Positions 1 to 9,228 of a DNA stretch of 22,070 bases are shown here, in pieces. The notes beneath the pieces are model-generated. The model saw only the letters and a list, made by a program, of their open reading frames with translations. It was not told the origin of the DNA and ran no database searches. The first letter of the stretch is position 1. Every line of letters starts with the position of its first letter. A program made the translations under genes and the position numbers. The stretch is from Fonticula alba ATCC 38817. Lineage: Eukaryota > Protista > Nucleariida. The stretch lies in the NCBI GenBank assembly GCA_000388065.2, contig KB932203.1. One strand, given 5' to 3'.

Positions 1-150
1 ACATCGGCCCCCCCATCGCCGGAGCGGGCCACTGCCCAGACGCAGACATCGGCCCCCCCATCGCCGGAGCAAGCCGCTGCCCAGGTGCAGACATCGGCCC
101 CCCCATCGCCGGAGCAAGCCACTGCCCAGGTGCAGACATCGGCGCCGCCA
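1..150 (+). repeat. Coding tandem repeat, 45-bp unit x3 plus partial (TSAPPSPE[R/Q]A[T/A]AQ[T/V]Q)
   Basis: Units start ACATCGGC at 1, 46, 91 and 136 and are near-identical. The array probably extends upstream of the window. Confidence 0.92.
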
Positions 151-3100
151 TCCCCGACCCCAGAGCAGGTCCCCCCATCCCCACGAGTCGATCAGGTGGT
201 TGTCTCGGTCCAGACCTCCGCACCGCCGAGCCCCGAGCGGGCGGCCACCTGGTCGCAAACATCGGCCCCGCCAACTCCCGAGCAGGCGGTCACCTGGGTG
301 CAGACCTCCGCACCGCCGAGCCCCGAAGCCAGGCCAGTTGCCCGGTCCCAAACACCGGGCCCAGGTTCCCCCGTGGAGCAGAGGGCCCCGGGCATCCAGA
401 CTTCGGGCCGTTCATCGGCGCCCGGATCGCCACTTGCCGTGGCCATTCCACCAGCGGCAGTGCCATCCGCCCAGCAGCTGCCCGCCTGGCTTCCAGCCTC
501 GGCCTCGTCGTCAAGTGGATGGCGGCCGTCGGCCGGGGCCCAGACATCGGGCTCTCCATCGCCGGTGGGGCCCGTTTCTTCGGATGCTCAAACATCGGCT
601 CCGGCCTCTCCTCGGCAGCATGCCGCCGGATGCCAGACGTCAGTCCCCCCATCGCCCGCGAGCCAGGGCACCGTCGCCGTCCAAACATCGGCCCCACCGA
701 CGCCCATGCGCCAGACCGCCGCCGTCCAAACATCGGCCCCAGCTACCCCGGTATCGGCCGACGCCGCGACACAGGTCTCGGCCGGGGCCACCCCCCTCCC
801 CGGTGCCGGGTACCCCGACACCCTCAACGCCCATGATGTCCCGGCTCAAGTGGGGGATGCCCCCGGTCGTGTTGTGGCGTTGGATGTCTCGCGACCTCCC
901 CCAGGCGGCCGGGCGATGGGGGCACGGCCACCGCGAGTCCGGTCGTCGAGTCTCGGCGCGACGTCGCCCCACCTGGCTGACGGTTCGGCCGGGGTGCTGC
1001 TGCTCCACCCGGCAGACTGGCATGCCACTCGGGCCTCCGGGGCGACGACAGACGCCTGGACCCAAACATCCGCCAGCCCGTCGCCACTCCGGCCGACGGC
1101 CACCACGCAGACTTCGGCCCCGGCATCGCCCAGCCGGCGGAGCATCTCCATGCAAACCTCGTCCCCGGTCCCGGGCCTGGCCCGGGCTTCCCCGGTGTGG
1201 CTGAGCTCATCGGCACACACCTCGGCTCCGCCGTCCCCGGTCCAGCTGGCCGCCTCGGTGCAAACTTCGGCCCCGGCATCGCCCGACCGGCCAAGCGCAT
1301 CGACGCAAACCTCGGTCCCGGCATCGCCCGACCGACCAAGCGCATCGACGCAAACCTCGGCCCCGGCATCGCCCGACCGACCAAGCGCATCGACGCAAAC
1401 TTCGGTCCCGGCATCCCCCTCCTCGCCCATTCACGCCTTCACACAAACCTCCCCCTTACCCGGGAGATGGTCCCCGACCCGGTCGGGCCTGCAGCATGCC
1501 TCCGTGCCGGCACCAGTCGGCCGCATTTTGGCGCCGGTGTCGGCGCCGTGCACCAGCCTGGCCATCGGCTCGCAAACCTCGGGGCCGCCCTCGCCGGCCA
1601 TGCGCGATGTTGCCTCCCACACGTGGGACTTCCCCTCGCTGACCGGGGTCGATGCGTGGGTCCAATCGTCGCGATCCCCCTCGCCGGTGGCGCGTCGCCA
1701 GGCCGCCTCGCAGACCTCGATACCCCCCTCGCCCGAGGCCGTTCACCGTGCGGCACAGACATCAGCCCCGCCTTCGCCGGCCGGGGTGTCCGTTTGGGTG
1801 CAGGCCTCGAGCTCCCCGTCGCCGGTCGAGCGCCGCCAAACTGCCTGCCAGACCGGATCACCGTCCCCCCCGCCGGTGTCCGTCTCTCGGGCCATTCAAA
1901 CTTCGGCCCCGCCGAGTCCCGGTGTTCAACCTTCTGGACCGGCTTGGCCGACCCAGCGCCCGGCCGTGGCGCCTCCCCCCGCCATGGGATGGTCGGGAGC
2001 CCGGGCCACAAGCCCCATGGAGCAAGTGCCACACCCACTGGCACCGGTTGCTTCGGACACCGGCGTGCGGCCCCCCCGGCCGACCTCACCAGGCCCGTCT
2101 CGCACATCGATCGATGCCTCGGCGCAGACTTCACTTCCAGCCTCGCCCGTCCGGCCACACGGTGCGCACCTGTCCCCCCCTATGCGGCCTTCAGCCTCCG
2201 CCCGTCGCATAGCACCGATATTGACCCTTCCCGTCGCCCCCTTCGCTCCGTCTCCGCTCCGTCTCTGTTCGCCACGCACGCCATGGCCCCAGACTGGGAG
2301 CAGGTGGAGCTTGGTTTGATTGCGGCTCTCGGGCTGCTGGCCACGCCGGCAGCATCGGCTAGCAACAGCACCCCCCCGCCGGCTACCGTGCCCCGTCGGC
2401 AGGGGCCGCTTGCACGGCCGCGACTTGCGCGACGCCCCGAGGCTCTCCTTCTGCGCCGGATGCCTGGTGTGTCTGCGCCTTTGGCGGCACCCGCAGAGGC
2501 GACCCGGCCGTCGACGCCGGTTGCCGTGCCCATCAGCCCGGTGACTGATGAGCTGGAGATCGCCGGGCTGTATGCCGCCCTGGCTTCCCTGGCGGATGGG
2601 CCACATGCGCCGCCGAGCCGGCCCACCGCCCCGACCACCGCCCCGGTCCAGGCCGTGGGTTTGCCTGCCCGGGTGAATCGCCGGCGCATCCTGGCACGCG
2701 TCCACCACCGCGCGGGTCAACTCCACGCGGCGCACGGCCAGGCCCTGGCGCATCTCGAGCAGCATGTCCAGCAATCTGACCGCCGGATGCGCGTGGCGCA
2801 GGCGGCTCGGCTGCTGGCGGTCTCTCGCGGTCGACACCAGCTGGCCGCCACCACCCGAGCTCTTGAGTCGCAAATCGCCGGTCTCACATGCGCCCTGGCC
2901 ATCACCGAGCAAGTGGCCGCAGCCAGGGCGGCAGCAGCCCCACCGGCCGCACTGGGCCCCGTCCTTCCCCCGCCCGTGGCCTCGGCTGTGACAGTGTCCA
3001 CCCCCACACTGGCACCCCCGCCGGCGATGCTGCCGCCCCTGCATGGTGTTGCTGCTCCGATGGTGAGCCCCGCTCTGCCAGTGTCGCCCTCCCCCTCGGG

Positions 3101-5076
3101 GATGGAGGCCCTGCCGGTCGCTGCTCCTCTTGATGCTCCCCCTCCGGCTGTTCCTCCTGGTGACCCTTCCCCGGCTGCCGCCTCGCCTGGGGGCGCTTCT
3201 CCTGCTGCCATTGTCGCGCCAGGCGGCGAGGCTGCGCCGGCCGGGGCTGCCCCGCAGGAGCCGACCACCCCGGCCATGGCCGTCGACATGGCCGAGGGGG
3301 TCCCCGCCCCGGGGGGTGCTATGCTACTGGCTGCTGTCCAACCGATGGCCGCCACCTTGCCCTCGGCGCTTGCTCGCCCCTCCAGGGTGGCAATGCATCG
3401 GCATGCGGCGCCAGCTGCCACGGTGCTGCCGGGCTCGCGGCATCACTCGGCTCGTGGGCGTCTGTCGAGCATGAAGACGTCCATTCGCTCGTGCTTGCCG
3501 CGACTCGTGGCGCAGCACCCTTCACCGGCAACTGGACGCCCGGTGACACCGTCCTTGTTCTCTCCCCTGCCGCATGGTGACGAACTGGCTGGCCGGTCGT
3601 CTGCGACTCGGTCTCCTTCTCCCACGGCGGACGGCACTCCTTGTCCACCAAGTCGCCCGGCACATGACCAGCCTCCGGCCTCATTGTCGGACAGGATTCC
3701 CCTGCTGCCCGGCCCCGAGGCTCCCCTGGTACCGAGTGCTGGGCCGGAGGCGGGGCCTCCGCCGCCTGGGCATGGGCTCCAGCATGAGGCCGAAGCCGAG
3801 CCTGCCCCGTTGTTTGTACCCCCGGCCGGCTCCATGCCCGGGAGTGGCGTGGTGACTGGACGCCAGTTGGCGCCGGCTCGCTCTCCGGCGCCGCAAGGTG
3901 CACACCATCTTGCGCCTGTCTCCTCAACTCCCGCCGCATTCCCGGGGCCGGGGCCCGAGGCGGCATCCGTGTCCACGCCACGCCCGGAGCCCATTCCCGG
4001 GCCCGAGTTCGATCCTGCATCGGCCCCAGATCCCGGGCTCGTGTTCGATGAGGGCCCTGTCCCCGAGGCCGAGGCCGAGGCCGAGACCAGCCCCGCGCGT
4101 GGGGTGGCAGTCATCCTCATGCCCGAGCAGCGGGCCGAGCTGGCGCCCGTTCTCTCGGTTGCCCCGGAGGCCGATGTGCCACTCGGGGAGGTGACTTGTC
4201 CAGCACCCGCCCCCATGCCGAGCCCTCCGACGCCCTCCCAGCGAGATGCACCGGTTGTCGGTGTTCCGCCCGGCCCGGCCACCGGGCCCGCTGCCCGGGC
4301 AGGTCACCTGGACCGGAGCCGGATTCAACGCAACCTGACCCGCTCGATCCGGCGCATTCGCGGGGCGACCGCAGCGCAGGCCGCCGGGCCGGTTGCCGAG
4401 CAGGTCGCCACCTCCACGTCGAGCCGATCGCCAGCCGGCGATGTGGCCACGTCGGTGTCTGCGCCTGCCGCTCTTCCCAGCCCGGCGCCTTCTTCGGTCG
4501 GTGTCGTGCCATCGCCGGGAGAGACCCCCATTGTCTGTGCCCCGGCAACGCCTCTGCCGCTGGATTCCGGCTCGGCAGCACCCCGCCCGCTGGCCCCGGC
4601 CCCAGAGACGCCTCCCCCGTTGGTCGCCGCGTCGCCGGCCCTCGAAGGCCCGCCATCACCAAGCGTGACTGTGTCATCTTCTCGGTCTTCGTCGCTGCTG
4701 GCCTCGACGGCCTCGGTGAGCCCGTCCTCGTCGATGATGCTTGCTCCGGCGGCTCTTACGCCGCTGGGCGTGGCTTCGGCCGGCCTGGTGCCGCCGAGCG
4801 CATCGGTGTCGATGGATTTGCCAGCCCCAGCTCCGTCGGTTCCATCCGCCCCGTCAAGTGCAGCCCCATCCGCCTCGGTGGGTTTTGTGACGCCTGCTCC
4901 GCCTGCGGCGATCGCAGCTCGTCCTTCATCCTCGGTGCCACCTGCCGTGTTCTCGGGGCTGGCCTCGTCATCAGGTCCCCTGCACATGGACGACCTGGCT
5001 AGGCGCTCGACGGCCGAGAGCCTGCTGCTGCGTTCTGATGACAGCGTTGTTGCTACTGCTGCTGTCCCGGCTGTCG

Positions 5077-5110
<34 letters not shown>

Positions 5111-5847
5111 CGCTGCTGGTTCCCATGCTGCTTCGGGTCCCGTGGCTTCGACAGCCCAAGCTCGGCCCCCGAGCCAGCCTCCGCACGTCCGACAGACGTC
5201 CCCATCGACTCGCCCAGGTCCACAGCTGAGCCAGCTGGCCCGGCACCATGCGGCCCTGCATGCGGCATCGCTCTTTTCCGCCCTCTCCGCCGGGCAGGCC
5301 CCGCAGCCCGCCATGGTGGCCCCGCCTCTGCCTCCACTGGTTGCTGCGGTCATCGCTAGTGGGCCTCCCTCGCCGCAACTGCCGAGCGACCGGCGGGCCA
5401 CCTCGGCCCGGAGTATGGCCGCGCAGGCGGCCCAGTCCTTCGCCCAGATCCTGGGAGCCGGCACAGGTAGGCCCCATGCCGAGCAGTCGCCTGGCCTTGC
5501 GTCTCCCCCGCCGGCGGCCCCGAAGCCGGCTCCCCTGGTTCCGACGGCCGACGGGGCCAATCCGATTGGCGACGTGGCGCACGTCCTCTCACAGTGCGTC
5601 CCCTGCCAATCGCGCTGCCCATCCCTCCCCCCCCCCCCCCCCCCCCGCCCCAGGTCGAGGTATGCCTTTCTCTTCTGCCCTTCCCTGCACCCTGCTGACC
5701 TGCTGGCTTGCCTTCCCGCTTTCGAGCAGACTTTCGCTGCTGGTTCGACAGCAGACGCAGCTTCTCCTGGAGGAGGGCCAGCATTGGCCCGGGCCGCCTC
5801 GACATGCACTCGATCCAAAAGGGGGCCCTCTCGGGCGGCGGCACTGA
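1..5847 (+). CDS. 5'-partial large Pro/Ser/Ala-rich uncharacterised protein with a QT-motif repeat region and short predicted coiled-coil segments (>1860 aa visible)
   Basis: Frame +1 is open from base 1 (TSAPPSPERATAQTQTS...). Inferred exons: <1-2161, 2293-5593, (optional 5654-5659), 5730-5847 (TGA). Intron 2162-2292 (GTGCGC...CCCCAG, phase 1) joins the 744-aa and 1584-aa track ORFs in frame (RPH|DWEQVELG). Intron 5594-5729 (GTGCGT...CTGAC...GAGCAG, phase 2) gives ...VAHVLSQ|LSLLVRQQTQLLLEEG... The exon total of 5580 nt is divisible by 3. No recognised catalytic domain. Confidence 0.7.
1261..1415 (+). repeat. Coding tandem repeat, 45-bp unit x3 plus partial (QTS[A/V]PASPDRPSAST)
   Basis: Units start CAAAC[T/C]TCGG at 1261, 1306, 1351 and 1396. 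Confidence 0.92.
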
Positions 5848-6115
5848 ATATGACCGGCCCCGCTGTGCCCGGCCCCGCCCCGCCCTCCAATACACCCCCC
5901 ACACGGCTGGTATGCATGGTGACCACAACACACGGAGACAGGAGAGCGTAATATACAGGGGAAGGGGGAGCAGCTGCTGCGACAGCCGGGGTCGTCGCAG
6001 ACCAATGTGAAAGGAGGGGAAGGAGGAAAGGCCAGCCAGATGGAGGGGACCGGGGAAGGCCGGGCAGGAGCGCCCGCGGCAAGATGCCCGAGACGCAGAA
6101 GGCCACGCCGGCAGC

Positions 6116-7437
6116 CTAGATAAGATGCTCTGGCCGGCGGAGGCGGACGCCCTCCTCGGACAGGGCGGCCGACAGGTCGTCCACCGTGAGGACGTGCTTG
6201 CGGTCCTGCTACACTCGCAGGCACACCCCCGGGGAAAGGCGGGAGCAGGGACAGGGGACAGCGGGAAAGAAAGTTGTAGAGAGAGAGAGAACGGCGGAGC
6301 ATAGGAGGCGAACTTGTGTGAGTGGCCATGGCGCGCGCAGGAAAATAGGCAAGGCGCGCCCAAACAGGCGAGGGTGGCGAACCTTCCGGGCGCGGCGCTT
6401 GGTCTCGGCCATCATGCGGGCCTCCTCGCCCTGCAGGCGCAGGAGGCTATGGGAGAAGGCATCCCGGGCCAGATCGGTGAGGAATTTCTGCGCGGCGAGC
6501 GAGATCAGACGCTTCCTGAAGGGCCACAAGGCGCGGAGGGGGAAAAGCAAGGGGGGGCGGGGGAAAAGAGCATAGGTCAGCTGAGTGCCGAGGCAACGGA
6601 AGGAGGGGAAGCAGCCGCGCGGGGGCGCGCGAGCGTGTACGCACATCCGAACGTCCGAGCACTCGAAGCCGGCCCGCTGCATGTAGTAGGTGGTAATGGC
6701 GTCGGGGATCTATACCGGCGGGAGAGTTAGTAGCTGGCGAGAGCCCGGCAGGGCGGCGGACAAGCGGAGACCAATGGGAGATGCATCCGGGCAAACGCAC
6801 AACGGTCGGCGTGTCGCGCAGGGACATGTAGAACTCGGGCAGGCTCTGCTCGCGCATGGTGAGCTCCTGCTCAGCACGCGAGAGGCTGGCCGGGCGACCG
6901 GCGAAGGAGAAAGAGAAGCAGGGAGATGGAGGGAAAAGGGAGAAAGAAAAAGGGGGCAGGGGCACAGTGGGTGAGCGAGAGGGGAAGCCGAGGAAGCCGT
7001 GGGGCAGGGGGCCGGGACCGAGGGTGGCGAGGGAGCCAAAGCCGGACGCACTCGTCGAAGTCCACGATCTTGGGCACCGGCCCGCCGTGGTGGCTGCCGG
7101 GGACAACATCCTCGAACTCCTCCTCATCGAAGTCCTCGAACTCGTCGGAGCCGTCAAGGTCGGCCTCCGGGACGCCGTCAGCGTCGGACCCGGCGTCCCC
7201 ATCAGCCTCGTCCGAAGAGCCGGTCGCCGGGTTGGTCGCCTCGGCGGGAGCCGCTGCGACAGGGGGAGGAGGATTGGCCGCGGCCAAGGCCGCCGACCGG
7301 GAAGCAGAAGACACATCCTCGAAGTCGTCCTCGAAGTCGTCGGAGGCGTCATCCGAGAGGTCGACCCGCTGGCGCTTCTCGTCCGGCGAGCCGGGCGCCT
7401 GGCCGTCGGACTGGCGCTTGTTGCCAGCGTTGGGCAT
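6116..7437 (-). CDS. TAF10: Transcription initiation factor TFIID/SAGA subunit 10 (~252 aa, 5 exons)
   Basis: Inferred exons 7437-7052, 6885-6801, 6709-6645, 6515-6383, 6205-6116 (759 nt, all phases compatible, GT-AG). The spliced product LPEFYMSLRDTPTVIPDAITTYYMQRAGFECSDVRMKRLISLAAQKFLTDLARDAF...DRKHVLTVDDLSAALSEEGVRLRRPEHLI matches the TAF10 histone-fold signature as I recall it (PTIPDAVT.YYL.RAGF...D.R..RLISLAAQKFI.DIA.DA...LT.EDL..AL.EYG). The 5' end is less certain because a gap lies just upstream. Confidence 0.93.
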
Positions 7438-8146
7438 GGCTGGGCGGGGGGGGGNNNNNNNNNNNNNNNNNNNNNNNNNNNNNNNNNNNNNNNNNNNNNN
7501 NNNNNNNNNNNNNNNNNNNNNNGGGGGGGGGACGGGAGAGGGAGAGAGGGAGAGAGGAGGGGCGTTTCGACGGGCGACGAGATGCCTCGGGGAAAGGGAG
7601 ATGAAGGCAAGCAAAAAATGGACAGGGGGCGTGGGTTGGGGGGAGAGAGGGGAGCATTTCTGGCGGTGCCCCTGACACGGCCGGGCGCGCGATGGCCGCA
7701 CTTGGCCGTGCTCGGGCGGCCACAGCCGGCACCACACATACACACACACGTCACACACACACGTACAAGCACATACAAGCACATACAAGCACACAAGCCA
7801 GGGGCCATTTTGGCGCGGGCGGCCCGCAGGGCGGGCGAAACGGCGGCACCCGCGACCATGTGACCATTTTCATGGCTCGGCTCCCATGCAGATCCGGCCG
7901 CCGAGACTGGGGACGGGGTGGGGGGCTCGTGTGCGGTCCGTGTGTGCGCGTGTGTATTCCCGCGCACAAGCAGGCGCGGGCACGGATCGCACGGGCGCAG
8001 CGAGGGCTTCATCAACCCCCCAGCCGCGGGCACGATCTACGGCGCCAGCACACCTCTCGCCCCTCCCCTCCCCCCCTCCCCCCTTGTTCCACCTCCCTCA
8101 TCCTTCCTCTTCCAATCCGGGTGCTCTGCTCTTTCGCCCCTTCGTG
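7438..8146. promoter_or_regulatory. Divergent (head-to-head) intergenic region between TAF10 and the TruB-family gene
   Basis: The ATGs at 7437 (-) and 8147 (+) face away from each other about 710 bp apart. The region includes an N gap and a short ACAAGCACAT tandem near 7764-7798. Promoter function is inferred from position only. Confidence 0.5.
7455..7522. other. Assembly gap (N-run) inside a poly-G tract
   Basis: 68 Ns flanked by G homopolymers. Confidence 0.99.
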
Positions 8147-9194
8147 ATGAACGTTTCCTGCCTTCGCCTAGGCTCCCGGGTCGGGAGGCCAGCCTTCCTC
8201 CCTGCCCGGGCACTGTCGGCCGTCAGCGTGGGCGCGCGATCGTACTCCTCGACCGGCGTGATGGCCACCCGGGCGGAGGCCGCCGCCGCTGACGACGACG
8301 ACGACGACGACGAGCTCGCCCACCCCGCCCTCACCCCCCTGGATGAGGTCCCAGCTGTCAAGTGCCAGCTAGTCAAGCAGGCCCTGGAGCTGATCAAGAG
8401 CCCAAACTTGCTTGTAGCCCCCTCCCCAGATAGGGCGCCTCGCAATGGGCTCTTCTCCCTGTGGAAGCCGCCCGGCTTGACGTCCTTCTATTGCCTGGAG
8501 GTGATGGGCCGGTCACTTGCGAGTGATCTGATCCGGCGCATCGAGGCCGGGGAGTTCCCCCCGGCTGGGGGGTCCCCGTCGGCCAAGGGCTCTTCACCGG
8601 CCGGGCGGCCACCGGAAGAGGAGGAAACCATGCCGGCACACCTGGCCGCCAGGAAGGTGGCTCGAGGCCTGCGGGTCGGTCATGGCGGCACGCTGGACCC
8701 CCTGGCATCGGGTGTGCTGGTGGTCGGCGTCGGACGGGAAGGCTGCCGGAACCTGACCGGCGCGCTGACCGAGCACCGGAAGTCCTATGTGGCGCGGCTG
8801 CGCCTCGGCGTGTCGACTAGCACCTCGGATCGCGATGGGGCGGCCCTCTGGGGGTCGGCCATGCACTCGGCTTCCGACGAGCAGCCCCCCGAGGGGGATG
8901 CCTTCACGGGGCCTTTCAGTCGGGCGAGCCTCATCCGGCGCTTTGGCACGGCCAATTTGGCCGCCCTGCCGGTGGGCATCCTCCAGGCTGCCCTGCGGGA
9001 GCACATTGCGGCCTTGGTCGGCGATCACCTCCAGACGCCGCCGATGTGCGTCCGACCCGGCCCCTCTTCCTGCTTCTCTGCGCCAGCGCACAATGGCACA
9101 CTTGCTCCCGCCGTCCTCCCCCCCCCCCCCCCCCCCCCCCCTCCCCCATGCCGTTGTCTGTGTTTTGTTCTGACGCACGGCCAACCTGCATCCC

Positions 9195-9228
<34 letters not shown>

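Noticed and set aside
1-1415. Regular 45-bp repeats (and the 12/30-bp repeats at 21730-22070) as CRISPR-like arrays
   Set aside because: There are no unique spacers, the unit lengths are multiples of 3 and in frame, the context is eukaryotic, and there are no cas genes.
1197-2292. Apparent 1.1-kb dual-coding overlap between the 744-aa and 1584-aa ORFs
   Set aside because: A phase-compatible intron at 2162-2292 joins the two frames into one gene, so no overlapping gene or programmed frameshift is needed.
4323-4358. IQRNLTRSIRR as an IQ calmodulin-binding motif
   Set aside because: The spacing does not fit IQxxxRGxxxR. It is only a basic amphipathic helix.
4325-6106. Long antisense and alternative-frame ORFs (e.g. 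593 aa at 4325-6106, 537 aa at 15206-16819, 363 aa at 8931-10022, 356 aa at 18578-19648)
   Set aside because: They are shadows of GC-rich coding sequence where stops are rare. The translations are Arg/Gly/Pro-rich with no recognisable domain and lie over better-supported spliced genes.
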